Assembly: GCA_011109175.1 (NCBI GenBank)
Contig: RDEW01000016.1
Span: 9,743 to 73,742 of the forward strand
Direction of reading: 5' to 3'
Length of the DNA stretch: 64,000 nt
Source of the DNA: Dicyema japonicum
Lineage: Eukaryota; Animalia; Dicyemida
Numbering within the stretch: position 1 is the stretch's first letter; each line of letters opens with the position of its first letter. Under the pieces are notes generated by a model. It was not told the origin of the DNA. It worked only from the letters and a program-made list of their open reading frames with translations, and did no database searches. The translations under genes and the position numbers were made by a program. This document shows positions 12,401-25,374 of this stretch, one piece after another.

Positions 12401-13539
12401 CTTTTAGGACGTGAAAAATGCGATCTCTTTGGAAACCACTGAACTCAGTTCGCTCAAAACAAGTCCATAGTTCATGATGATGTGTCATTAAGGAAACAAC
12501 AAACCAATGTCCGCTCATAATTCGAATCGCGTGCTCTAGTTAGGGTTAGGGTTAGATTTTTATGGGAGTTGACTTTAAAACCCCTGATCCCCATCTTCAC
12601 TTCCCATAACTACTTCGTGCATAATCCTTATTCCATTTTCAGAATAGTTGATTAAACCCAGCGAATCTTTATTCCTTTAGTTAGGGATGAGACTCTGTGG
12701 ATCAACGTCCAGTATGTTTTTCAGGTGTTTCTTGAAAACAATACGGATTTCATCCGTCATTTAGAAGTCACCTTTTCTGATATATTTTTTCTATACCGTT
12801 TCTGCTTCGATCTAGTACATATCAGTTTTTATAGCTCTTCCAAAAGGATAGATTCTTGATTCAAATTTTAAGACTTTGTCCTTCTATTTTCAAATCCACA
12901 CATTCTTCCAATTTATAGACTTGATCACAAATATCCCGTTGGATAAAGCATCTCCATCTTATCTGTCAATAAAGAGTCTCAATTTCGTCTGTAGGCGATT
13001 CCTCTCACCTATAAATTCATAACTTTTGACGGTTAAGAATTATTATTACAGCTTTTTGGATTACCATCTTTTCATAAAATCGTAAATGCGTCTTCACGAG
13101 ATCAATATTTATCTGCTAACAGTATTCAATTCCTCGTGTTGAATATTCCATGGTCCAACCACATAAACTCTTAGATGGAAAATCCCGATAATGTTCCAGG
13201 CTACACCAGTTACGTCGAATCTAAAGAAACTTCATTAATATTCGACATCAAACTGACAATCACCTCTTGAGGAATGTAGTCAATCACAATATCCTATATG
13301 GTTATAAGTATTTCACATAACAAGAAGTGACGACGTACATTAGACCCCATAGTTTATTACGGCTATTAAATAAGAATGGTTTAAATCTTCCGACGTTAGA
13401 ACTTCAAATATAAAGGTTTCAGACAAAAACTCCAAACACCGTCCATGTTAAGTTTGTCCTATAACACTCATAGTTGACATTTTTTATATATATCTCATAC
13501 CGGAATCGAATACGGACTTTGTTGTAGAATTCAATAATT

Positions 13540-13655
13540 TATTCTTTTATTAAAGAAAGAAAAGGGAGTAAACGGTTATATAGCGTTTGCCCTGACTTCG
13601 TGGCTATTCCCTCTCGAGATAGCGAGAATCGCTCAAATAGCCAGCAGCAAAAATT
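13540..13655 (-). mobile_element. CRE 3'-terminal fragment
   Basis: Reverse strand reads WLFERFSL..GNS, like the C-terminal WLKERLSLAVVRGNS of the CRE at 6411. Confidence 0.55.
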
Positions 13656-13822
13656 ATATTCAAAAATTATAATAGAACTTGTATCTTATCGAAATTGCAA
13701 GGAGTGCTAGTTCATCATGCCTTTTTCTTTTTCATTCATCTGCACTATTTATAATACTCAGATTAGCATTTTTTCAGTTGGTCTGATACCTTCATAACCT
13801 TGGTTACCAATTCCTTTAAATA

Positions 13823-14175
13823 CATCTTCGCGATTGCGTTGAATATCAAACTTTAAAAGATGCTTTGCATGCTAAATTTCCCGAAAATCTTCCGAGGCAC
13901 CGAAAATATAGGCTTGTAAAGAAGATAGAGAATTTTTCCATTATCAATGACAGGTATTGTAAATTTTCAATAATTTTAGACTGTATCTTAAATAAACTGA
14001 TCCCAAGTTAGTCATATCCCAGGATAATGAAACCGAAATTGAGCATGTTGCGAAATCGTTGCACGAGTTTTCACACGGAGGAGTCAATAAAATTGAGTAT
14101 GAATGTCGACAAAGATACTTCACTGTAAAGAATGAGATTATCAGAAAAGTCATTCGAAATTGTGAAGTCTGCAAT
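13823..14175 (+). pseudogene. Gypsy/Ginger-like integrase N-terminal fragment (HHCC zinc finger) with a 26-nt intron
   Basis: FPENLPRHRKYRLVKKIENFSIINDR|intron 13954-13979|LYLK*TDPKLVI...LHEFSHGGVNK...RY...IRKVIRNCEVC. Confidence 0.7.
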
Positions 14176-16239
14176 AGGGGAATGTCTATTTGTTAATTGC
14201 GACCTTGATTTGAAGAAAACTAGTTCTTGTTTTTGAGAACCAATCAAGATGAACGGTGTTTATAATTATTGTCTGATTCACGTGGGTATGTGATGCTTAC
14301 ATCAGATGACCCAAATCATTCTCTTTTCATTTTGAGAACAAACTCGGCGTACTACTAGTTTCACAGCTCTATCTGCCTATTTGGGAATATCCAAAACTCT
14401 AGTTTTCTTGGGGTTCAACATATCACATTTAGATTGAGGTCACTATTGGATTTTCATGTCTAATAATGGAAAGATTAAACGGACCGTATATGAAAGGCTG
14501 AGGGTGAGAAGATTTTATGAAAAAATCCATATTTTTGGAAATACTATCGGAAGATAATGTGTTCGAAGTCGGGCAGAAAGATAATATGAAATAACCAGAC
14601 GGGGGAAATGGCTGACAAATAAAACACCTTCGATGTTCAGGGATCAGCTCTAAAAAATTCAGGTTGTTGATCCGTGGAGGTTGACGCAAGATGACAAAAG
14701 AAGTTGTGTGCCAATATATTTAAAAACTCCGACAAGGAATATTCTCAAGAAATTTGGACGCCTGACTCTCTCAGATGCAATTGTGTTCATATAATTGATC
14801 TCCTTGAAAATCTTGAGAAAGAACTCAGCGACAATTATGTCGACAGGGATCAAACTAAATAAATTAATTGGGATAATGCTCACGTCATTCATAAATCTAG
14901 GGAAACCTATCCATTCTTTAACACCTATCATATTCGATTCATTTCATCGTCGTTTTTTATGAAGTTATTCTTTCCGAGTCAAGAGTAGAGATGTATGATT
15001 CTGTTCTCCAACCAGGATATTTTTAATTCATAATAAATTTGAATTAATTAACACCAATTTATATACCCGAAAAAAGAACCGATTAAGTTAGTAAAATGTT
15101 AGTAAACTCCGCAAGTAGGAAGTACATTGTACTTATCCACAAAGGCACTGCAGTCTGAAATTATATTATTAATTACGTGTTTCACTTGTCGTCATTTATA
15201 GTCTAAAGATATTACTTTCGAACATATACATGGTATTACTTTCGATTCTTGATTCTATCTGATATATATCTATAATAAATATAATATCATACGCCACTGC
15301 ATCATCGAATGAATCCCTGCACACGATGACACTATATTATTATTAAAAATACTTAAATAATTAAACATTTCTGACATTAAATGCTTGAATAACTTTTATT
15401 CTGTCTGGAAAGTAACTACATAAATTAAAAAAATGTACATATGTAAAGTAATGTTAATTGTTCAGCAAAATCAATCGCGATGTATGTAAGGGAATTGCAT
15501 TGTTGCAAACGCCTATTAAATTAATAATATATAACAAGCTCGAATTGTAACTTGAAAAGTACGTTTGTTTATATATTTTAAGCTTTCATCATTAATACAT
15601 GACTATGGTTAAGTAATATTTAATACAAATGACTCACATCCAGTCCAATAAATGAAAAATTGGTATCCTCTTCAAATTTAATGTTTTGAATGTATAAATA
15701 TCCTATTTTAGAATAAAAGTGTAGGACAGAAACTGTACAATTAATCAATATCTTAATAATTAATATTTAATACAGTCGTTCCACTGATTAATTTCTAATT
15801 GACAATATTTCTGTGTCAAAATGCAGAATGTAAGGTATAGTATAATGAAAAAGAACATCTATAGGATTAAATATCAAAATGATGAATATACTAGTTAACC
15901 ACAAGAAATTAAAATTATTACATAAATTACAGTCTTTATAATTAATAATAATTTTATTAAATCAAACATTTAATTAATAAATAAAATTAAAAAATAATTT
16001 AATAAAATTCACTTATTATACAGTGTTCTCCGATTTGTGTAATAACATAACCATGAAGTTTTATAACTATGCCAAAATTTCTAATATCTTTTCCAAAATG
16101 TTTAATAACTTTGTCAAAATGTTTAAAAATTGTCATAAAGTTTAATAACCTTTAAATAATGTTAATTATAAAATGCGTAAAAATCATTTTTAAGTGAATT
16201 TGTTATCCAAGAGCTAAAAATTGTCCTATTTCTATCTAG

Positions 16240-16650
16240 GAATTTAGATATGCGGATGACCTGATTTTGTTTTCGAGGAAATCAATGATATCAGCATACA
16301 ATACTTTCGTCCTTATCATACTGCTCTACATCTCGGAAACGTGGGAACTAACTCGGAGATGTGTTGATAACCTAATGCTTTCTAAGAAAACAATTAAGAT
16401 TCTATTACGCATACACAATCCAATCGTGATAAATACGAATCTTATACACAGCTTGCTAGTTGGAGCATCTGGATAAAATTATTACAACAACATTGATCTA
16501 AACCATGCTAAAATTGCATTAGTCGACGATAATGATGAATAAAGTCTCCGAAATCGTAATCTTGTAAGAGCGTGGAGATGTCTAACAGACCAGATTATCT
16601 GGGGTGGTTTTGGACGATTGAATCATTGGAGAATGCCTGAGAATGTCTGT
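16240..16650 (+). mobile_element. Internally deleted RTE-like LINE fragment
   Basis: RYADDLILF followed by ILLYISETW; WLNHWRMPE-like downstream motif. Confidence 0.6.
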
Positions 16651-17340
16651 TAAAAGTAACTATGATTTCCCTACCGCAAAATGAGGTCATATTTCTATTT
16701 GACAGTAAAATTAGGTCAACCGTTGAAGTGATAATATATTTGATGACAATGGATGTACTGGTTCATGCTTTTATTCGGAACCAAATGTGGATGCCATTAG
16801 TGGATACTGTCCTTACTCTTATTCTTTGTAACTATCAGGAACCGTGGACGTATGGACAATTCTTTAATGATCCGGATGACCGAACTAATCTTTAATGTCT
16901 GTTTTTTGAACTAATTATTAAATGTTGTGAATGGTAAAAGACTTGTCTCAAACGACTAGCGGTTATTCAACGAATGCTTAGTTAAGTTTTTATCCATGTG
17001 ATGAAATTGGTAATTTTCTGGCAATGAATATGAGAATAGCAGCCTCGTTTGGTCTCTGTACTGTTGCTATACTGTTACTATGACCTTTTCGTTGATGAAA
17101 AATTAAAATAATAATTATGAAATAGTGAAAAACTCAAATAATAGTAATGGAAACGTCTCAGTGTGCTTAATGTTACAGATAAAACCCTTGGAAATAACAA
17201 GGTTGCAAATATAATGGAAGAGAAGTCTAATCGGACACTTTCATTTCATGCTTATGTTCTACTTTAAAAGTTCTCTCTTATGTTACTGATTTGATGTATG
17301 TCCCCGTTACTTTATTTACATCTTCGCACTTAGAGACAGC

Positions 17341-17910
17341 TTTGTTGGTTGAGTGGTGGACGCCTCTCTAATGATGTTGTCTTTATCGTACTCTCAGTCT
17401 GTCTATTCTACCCCGTTTACAATTTCAATGTCAGAGGACTCTCTAAACAGGAGACCCTATGTATTGATCGAGGAGGAAAGTTACATGGAGAAATTAGTAG
17501 AACGGAGAGTGAAGAGGACGACACAAGTAAAGCCCTAAATACTCATGTGCTTATAGGTAACGCAGGGGTACAATTAAGTAACTTAAGACAACTCTTTCCC
17601 TGATCGTAGTTGAATTGTCTTTACTTGGAAGTCGTAGTGATCTCGGGAGCGGACTGACTTGGTAGCGAGATTGCTAACGGTCTCCACCTTCTTACATGTT
17701 ATCGAAACTGGGTTACTTTAAAGACAAAGTAAAAACAAGGGACATGTAACCAAGTAGGATGAGGTCTAAAAAATAATTTAAAACTGCGTCATCCAGTGTC
17801 TCTGGTCTTCATGCACACACTACAACACGAAAGAACCTTCTCTCATTCCTGAAGAGAAATCCGATTGGAGAAGGGAACTTTTACAATTTAAACTAAGAAA
17901 CAAGCAATAT
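17341..17910 (+). repeat. Interspersed repeat family B (composite, about 550 bp)
   Basis: Homologous to 55753-56260; shared blocks TGTTGGTTGAGTGG, GTCTATTCTA, GGAAAGTTACATGGAGAAA, ACCTTCTCTCAT..ATTGGAGAAG. Confidence 0.7.
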
Positions 17911-18374
17911 TTTGCATCAAATTAACAGTCTGGAATTTTAATATAAAAATTAATTGTGTCACATTAAAGCTTTTATTGCATAAATGTCTAACCCAACATT
18001 AATTGCCTGTCTGATATTCACCACATCAGTTTAAGTGCATCTGATACTCAATCGAATTAAACTCTATCAAGCTCTTTCAATGCTGGACAAGAATCCAACC
18101 TAGATTCTACAGTTCATTTGTTGAGAATATCAGGTTTCTTATGTCTGTCATCACCTAAGCTATCCCATGGGAAGAGAAAAGTCAAGGGCTTTTTTCCACC
18201 AGGAAAAAAAGTAAACATTTCTTGCATAGAGGTTAAGACATCACCTCATTCTTTGGCGAAAGAGTTCTCATAATAGTCTTCATTGGTCAAAGAGAAGGTA
18301 GGAAGATCCTTTCAACTACTGTATCGCGCTAAAAGGACTCGTCGCCTCACGGATGGAATCTGTTTGACGAGAAT

Positions 18375-18455
18375 TGACTTTTGCTGAAACTCCATCTTTC
18401 GGATTCGAACCACGACCTTCAGATCCAACGTCATTAAACACGTTCAGCCGGAAAG
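18375..18455 (-). ncRNA. tRNA-derived relic or SINE head (Pol III B-box)
   Basis: GGTTCGAATCC on the minus strand at 18401-18411 with a weak A-box upstream; no full cloverleaf. Confidence 0.3.
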
Positions 18456-18549
18456 CCTTTATTAGTAAACCCTGAAGGTAACATTACTTAACATACTTTA
18501 CATGAAAGAGTTAATTTCATCAAAACACATAATCTAATTCGAAAATTAT

Positions 18550-21500
18550 TTTTTGTGTTGTGGTGTATTGGCCGTTCTACTTTTTGGATTGAACAGACAA
18601 TGAAAAGGATCCGAAACCAACACCGAAACCCAAAGAGCATATTTCTCGCACGTCTATCCCCTGCATTATCTGTGGAGAGGCAAAAAGAGGAAATATAGTA
18701 TCTAATGTTCCCGTTGCCCAAATTTTGGACACCTTGGGTGCAACAAGCTGACAAATCGGACTGCTCAGTGTCTCCCAAGATGGTCATGCCCCACATGCCT
18801 TGGGAACCCCACAAGGCAAAAGGAACCGCTCTCTGGTTCAGTCCTGGACCTATCTAACACGGACGAATTTTACGCCGCCTGAACCGGCTTGTATCAGAGA
18901 GGGTTATCCCACTCAGAATCCCAAAGTCGCGCTCAGCAGCTGCCACGTGTATCTCAAAACTAATCACCAAAGCAGTCAGTGACAACACCCAAGAAGCTTG
19001 GATGCGCCTTCTCTGCTTTGCACCTCTTGTCCTCGGATCACATCCGACTGAACTGAAGGAACGGAATGTCAAGTCAATCATCAAAAGGAACGTTTCTAAA
19101 TACGAAAGTATCAACCTGGCGGATACACTGGAAAGCATTTCGACTGCTGTTGACTCATCCTCTTCATCCAGAATCAAGAAAAGGGATCTTCGCAGATAAA
19201 TAAACAAGAAGATCATGGTCGGGGACATTCGGGGAGCCCTACGTACACTCTCCAGCAGCGACAAGGTTCTTTCACCAAGCAAAGAAACCTTAGACCAGTT
19301 AGTCCAGAAACATCCGCCCGCACCAGCTGATCTACGTGACACGAAAATTCAAAAGGATGTCCCACAACTAAATGCCACCCCTGATGATATTAAATGGGCT
19401 ATCCGTGCATTCCCTGGAAGCAGCGGCGCCGGTCTGGACGGCCTACGCCCAAGCCACATAAAATACCTCACCTCTGTAACAACCGTCGATACAGAGGACT
19501 CCTTCATCGTCTCATTGAATGCCTTACGAATCACGTTCTTCGGGCAGATATCTCGGAGTATGCTTGAGAACTCCTCTTCGCTTCGAGGTTGGTAGCCTTT
19601 AAGAAGTTTTGCGGCGAGATAAGACCCATCGCCATTGGTAACGTCCTTAGGCGCTTATCGTCGAAGATCACTGCCAGAGCAGCCAGCAAGACTTTTGAGT
19701 GCCAAACTTAGTCCTGTCCAACTCGGAGTTGGAGTACCTAATGGATGTGAAGCAGTAATACATTCAATCCGGAATTTTGTTGCCAGCCCTCCTGACGCGT
19801 AGGATTCAATTATAGTCAAACTGGACATACGTAATGCATTCAATAGCATCCGAAGGATAGAATCATAGAAGATAGTGTCTCTAGGATTCCTGAGATCAGC
19901 AGGATGGTCAGACTCTCATATGGTTCCCCGTGTACGCTGATCTTCGGACAACACGCCATCAAGTCCAAGACTGGAGTCCAACAAGGAGACCCACTTGGCC
20001 CTCTACTCTTTGCTTTGGGTATCGACTGTGTATCATCTGCGATCAAAACTCCCTTGAACTTATGGTACCTTGATGACGCGACCATTGGGGGAGTTGGGAA
20101 ATTGTTGTGGAAGAGGTTAAACGCGTCATCCCTGCCCTCGCGGCACTCGGACTGGAGCCGAATCCATCGAAGTGCGAAGTTATTAACGTGACCTGTGGAG
20201 AGGACACCTTTGAACGCGCAATAACGACCATTTCTACTTGCCTCCAGGACATCAAAGTCACCCGACTAGAAAAGGCGATTTTCCTCGGATCTCCTCTGTA
20301 TGACATGTCAACTGTCCTGGAGGAGAAGAGTGAATCCGTACAGCTGCTCACGCACAATCTAAAGGCTTTGGACTCCCACATTTCTCTCTTCATCCTCAAG
20401 AATTTTCACCTTACACCACGACTCCTTTTTTTTCTACGGACATCCCCATGTTTCACAGACATGGATTTCTTGAGAGTTATCGATGAGAAGCTGAGGACCT
20501 CTGTTGAAGAAACACTTAACATCTCTCTGGATAAAGCAGGGTGGACCCAATGCAAGTTACCACTTCGTTATGGAGGAATTGGGATACGCTCGCCACTTGA
20601 ACTCGCCCTCCAGCCTTTCTGTCTTCGACATATGCTTCCCGTGGTCTAGTTCACCAGATCCTACGCTACATTAACGGATCGGACACTGAACCAATGGCAT
20701 GCATGGCTCACGATGTTTGGATTGGACTTAATTTGGGACTCCAAAGAACTTCAACAAACAAACGAGACTGAACGAACTTGTAATGTTCTTCCAGGGACCA
20801 TCGATAGAAGCCTAAACAACAACACTCGACCAGCATCGTCTGGCTTGTCTGGCTACCGCATCAACAAACGTAAGTAGTGCATGGCTCAAAAGCATTCCCG
20901 TGCATTTCACTCGAACTTTTCTGGACGATGACTCCACGAGGATTGGATTTGCGTCTGCCTCGGAATCGATGCTTGCGTAATCCATCGCTGTAGATGTGGA
21001 GGAATAGTTGACACAAAAAAACTCCACGCACTTTTCTGCGAAGGAGCGCTGGAAGGAACCTGAGACATAGTGCAATCGACAAGGTTATTGCGTGGGGACT
21101 AGAAGCTGCCGGATTTCCTGTCCAGATGGAGCCCCTAGGACTTGCCACGGCAAACAGAAGGCCGGATGGAGCGACTCTGTTCCCGTGGGTTGCTGGGAAG
21201 TACCTGGCCTGGGATGCCACCTGCGTAGATAGCTTCTCCCCTTCCAATATTACAATGAGTGCGACAAATCCAGGCTCAGCTGCAGAGAAAGCAGAAATAC
21301 TTAAAGCAAAGAAGTACACATGCCTCGGCAAGCAGTACACTTTTGAACCAGTCGCAGTCGAAACTTCGGGAGTCATATGAAGCAGGTCGTTTAGCCCTGC
21401 TCAACAAAATTGGATCGTTAGTCGCTAAAAGGAGGAGGGATGTCAGAGAGAAAGGCTGGCTCATTGAGCGCATCTCCTTACAGATCGTAGGGGGAAATGC

Positions 21501-21590
21501 GCTCTCAATCCTGAGAGCAGCCAGTAGCCTTTAACTATTTGGTTTTATTCTTCAATAAATTGTTATTGATTTAAAAAAAATAAAATTTAT
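18550..21590 (+). mobile_element. Second, divergent CRE-clade retrotransposon, near full length, frameshifted, with N-terminal PHD finger
   Basis: PHD remnant CIIC..C(S)RC..HLGC..WSCPTC at 18662-18798; KLDIRNAFN, GVQQGDPLGP, WYLDD; CRCG..H..C..RH; RPDG, WDATCV, AVETSG; 5' leader resembles copy 1. Confidence 0.88.
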
Positions 21591-21932
21591 TTTTATAATT
21601 TATAATGAAAATTTAGTGACGCCGTCATCAGTGAATACTCACTGCGGAACTGGATTGTCTAGAAAATAAAGTGTGTGTCCTGCCTATGCGAGCTAATACC
21701 ACGGCTCCGTGAAAAAGGCTTTAAAAAAATGAAAATTTAAAATTTGCTTAGCGTGGTATCTTGTGGCTCACTGAAATTTTATCACTCATTACGGAAAGGA
21801 ACGAAAAGAGCCATCAGCCTTACCCACCGTTTGGTGGTTCCCTTAATCTATGAACGTTATTTGCTAGCAGGTTAGTAAAGGTTGAAAGTTACAATAAAAT
21901 TAATATCAAAAATATAAAATAAATTCACAAAT

Positions 21933-23038
21933 TTATTCAATCCAATGTAGGTTTGGGCACTTGTTATCCCCGGCAAATAGCTCAGCAAAATATTCGCTTC
22001 TGCACACATCCCTGCAGGAGGGACGCATTTCCGGTGAATAGTGGAATATTCTCTCCAACAAACTAGTCACATCACTGGTTCTTATAAATCTCCCAATCTT
22101 GATGGTAAAATCAATAGTACCGTCCTAAAGTCCACTCTTTGGAAATTTCCAAGGATTCTGGTGTCATTCCTCCGTCTCATTGCTGCCAACTCTTCAGTAC
22201 TGGGTGTCCCCAATACTCTTATAATCTTAACAAGTTGGTCATCAGAGTCGAATCCCTCAAAAAGAGGACGAGGAAGGAAACACTCCGCAAGTACACAGCC
22301 AGCTGACCACACATCAACAGGAGTAGAGTAAAATACGGCTCCAAGGATGAGCTCCGGAGCACGATAGTAACGAGAACAGATATAATCCACACTGGGTTCG
22401 TTCGGCATGACTTTTTTGGCACTTCAAATTAAACGGTCAATCAACTTCCCAAAATCACAGAGTTTGAGGACATTGGAGGAGGGATCAACGAGAAGGTTGG
22501 AAGGCTTGATATCCCTGTGGAGAATGCCAAGACTGTGCATGTAATGCAAAGCACAAAACATCTGGTACATATAAATCTACCATTCCGCCAAAGTTGTTAC
22601 TTTTATGACAACTGGGGACAGTTTAGGGGACTTTTCCGTGTTTTTACAGATAACCTTGGCAATGTTGGTGGGTATAAAGTCCATGAATATGTGAAGGTAC
22701 TTTGAATGTCTCGTGTTATCGTAGTAGAAGAAGTAAAGCGTCACAATGTTAGGGTGGGATAATCTTCGCAGAATGTCAATTTCTCTATTCTGAAACTGAT
22801 GACCAGTTGATACCCTGTATTCGGGATCTTGCAGGACTTTTTTCATGGCGAAGAATTGGTCTCCGATTTTGACTTTGAATACCACTCCGAAAGTTCCCTC
22901 GTCGATTACTGAATTGACGCGGTAACAAATTTCTTTGAAGTTGCACTGTGGAGTGACTACGTTGACGGTTACTGGGGACTTGGAAAAGTTTATGTCTACT
23001 TGGGTTATTTTATGTTTATTACTGTCTCTGTTTGGCAT
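21933..23038 (-). CDS. GSK3: GSK3/shaggy-family Ser/Thr kinase (divergent), multi-exon
   Basis: [53 protein letters not shown]; short GT-AG introns; TAA at 21933-21935. Confidence 0.9.
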
Positions 23039-24268
23039 TAAGATACGATTATATGGCAAAACACATCTACTGTTATTTGAATTTATTATTAAATATTTAT
23101 TATTATATATTTAAATTATTTAGAATAAATGATAAATTTGTTAATATTTTAATATTTTATAATCTTAAGAATTTAACTTATCTTTAATCAATAATTGACG
23201 TATTTAGTTTAATCTTTGTGTCTTTGTAGTGACGAAAAACAAGTTAATATAGAGAATTTAATTTAAAGAACGTCATTTCATAGAATATCACCCGGACCAA
23301 TTTTCCTAGAAGCTCTTATCGGACTGGAGTCCGGGATGCAAGGATGCGCCCCCGTTAATTATGTTAGTCGACCAGTGTGGTCATGTGTGGACACGAGAGA
23401 AGAACACTTGTACATGATGCAGACTTCGATGGAACGTATCTGGATCACGTGATAGTTAAAATTAATTAATTAAAATTAGTAGATTCGAAAAAGTTATGGG
23501 TACTATAGAGCAGAGTACAGCAAAAACCTCTCGACCCTGTTGAGATCTATCGGGATCACTTAATTAGATAATTATAACTCCCCCTTTCTTGGTTTTCCCT
23601 TTTTCTGAGGAACCATCATTCTAGATACTTTATTTAACCCCGGACCTTTCAAATGAAGGAAACCAATGTGTAGCATGGTAGTGACGACTAACAGCAGAGG
23701 CTGTCAAAAATCTTATATGGAGGAGAAATTGAAGGCGGACCAGCACAAGAGAAGGGGTTACCCGGCTTGTATCTGGAAGTAGGGAAATGTCACTTCTATC
23801 AATGTCGCGGGCACTGTCCTTTGTTGAGAACATCAGGTTTCCGACATCCCCTGAGTCCGTCATTTTACCATGCTTACAAAACGTAAGAAGACAAGTCCTT
23901 CATCCATCAAAAAACTGAGCAGACATTTCTTATAATTAAAATATGTCACTTCCAGCTTCCGATCCATTAACCACTTGTCTAGTAGGCGGCTTAATAAATA
24001 TTGATATTTCTAAGTCGAGGATTTTGACACCAAATATGGGAATAGCCTGCGTTGCCGCCTTAGCCACCATCAGACCACTTAACGTTGAAGTTTTTAATAA
24101 ACCCAATTTTTCCAGCAATTGAGTATAAAAATCATTACAAGCAAATTATCGGAAACTTCCTGATTTCAATCAATATCCACGAAAATCATATAAATTATAG
24201 GAAAACGATAAAACTCTTCATCTGACCAATTCACCCCCAATCGTATCATTAAGCAATAAAGTCGCAGA

Positions 24269-24860
24269 ATGAGTGATCAATTTAGAAGGATTGTTGTTCT
24301 CCTCAACTTTCTCCTACAAAAAATAGAGTTGTCGACGAAAATTAACGAATACCAGCTACAAATATTAGTTTCCATTTTTCTTGAAATTTCCCGACCCAGC
24401 AGAGAAATGCGCGCTATTTTATCACAAAAATTAAAAATTGATCAGCATACTGTTAACAGATTTTTTATGGACATTCGACGCCTGTGTTCCCAGTAACGTT
24501 ATTTTTCTGACATAAAGGTTAGCCGTTGAGTCCGATTCGTGTATCAATCCGCGTACAGGAATGGGAGATTATCAACTTAAATTGCTACTTTCCGTCGTCA
24601 AAGAAATTCCTCAGCCAAGCGAAGAATTATGTACTGTACTAGCCCATAAGCTGAATATCCACGTGCTCACAGTCAGAGATTTTTTTCAAAATTTTAGAAA
24701 TTCGTGCATTTGGTGTGTACGTTAGTTATTAAATTATAGGATCGGTGATGGTTGTGATTCTGATTCGTCAATATTCTCGGATTGTGGCTCCTCCGACACA
24801 TCAGGAATACATGATTGTACCTCTTCGATTTCTACTTCCTCCGAATCCTCATTAGAATAG
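24269..24860 (+). CDS. Protein with two tandem ONECUT/CUT-class-like homeodomains (5' end uncertain, may start at 23943)
   Basis: HD1 ..YQLQILVSIFLEISRPSREMRAILSQKL..TVNRFFMDIRR; HD2 ..YQLKLLLSVVKEIPQPSEEL..LAHKL..TVRDFFQNFRN. Introns 24493-24517 and 24713-24739 join them in frame to TAG 24860. Confidence 0.78.
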
Positions 24861-25374
24861 CTTGACTAATATTTTTGACGAAATACATTGTATTAAGCAA
24901 AATCAGGACCCAAGTTTCGGGAGACAGTGAGCACTGCCGCGGACGCTGGCGATTCCAAGGCGCTATGAGAGGCATCTCCGTTGGACGGGGTTGCATTCCC
25001 AATTCAATTGATGAATCCATTGCCAATTCTCCCAACCACTCCAGATGTTTTAGAGGAGGTTTAGACGGAATGGAAACGATCTCAGTGCTGATACTTCTTT
25101 GAGGTCCTCTGTTCGACAGAGTCGGGATTTGGCAGTCGGAATGAGCAGAAAATCCAAAGGGTGAAGCTCGATTAATTGATATAATATTAATGATCCATAA
25201 AAATATTATTGTCGATATTTAATGTAAGCTTTTAAATTTTTTATATTTTATTAGGCAAATTTTTAAACCTGGTGTTATCTGATTGTCTGTCACCGGCGGC
25301 TAAATTGACGTTGCCTCTCAATAGCTATTGAGATCAACTGGGGGAGCCAATGAGATTCTTTAACGTAATGGCTT

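Noticed and set aside
17341-17910. Family B as a solo LTR (starts TGTTGG, possible CA end)
   Set aside because: No matching 4-6 bp TSD at either copy, and an internal (TAAC)n tail argues for a retroposed composite.
24280-24292. 13-nt GTGATCAATTTAG as an intron upstream of HD1
   Set aside because: No homology constraint to test the frame; several alternative donors exist.
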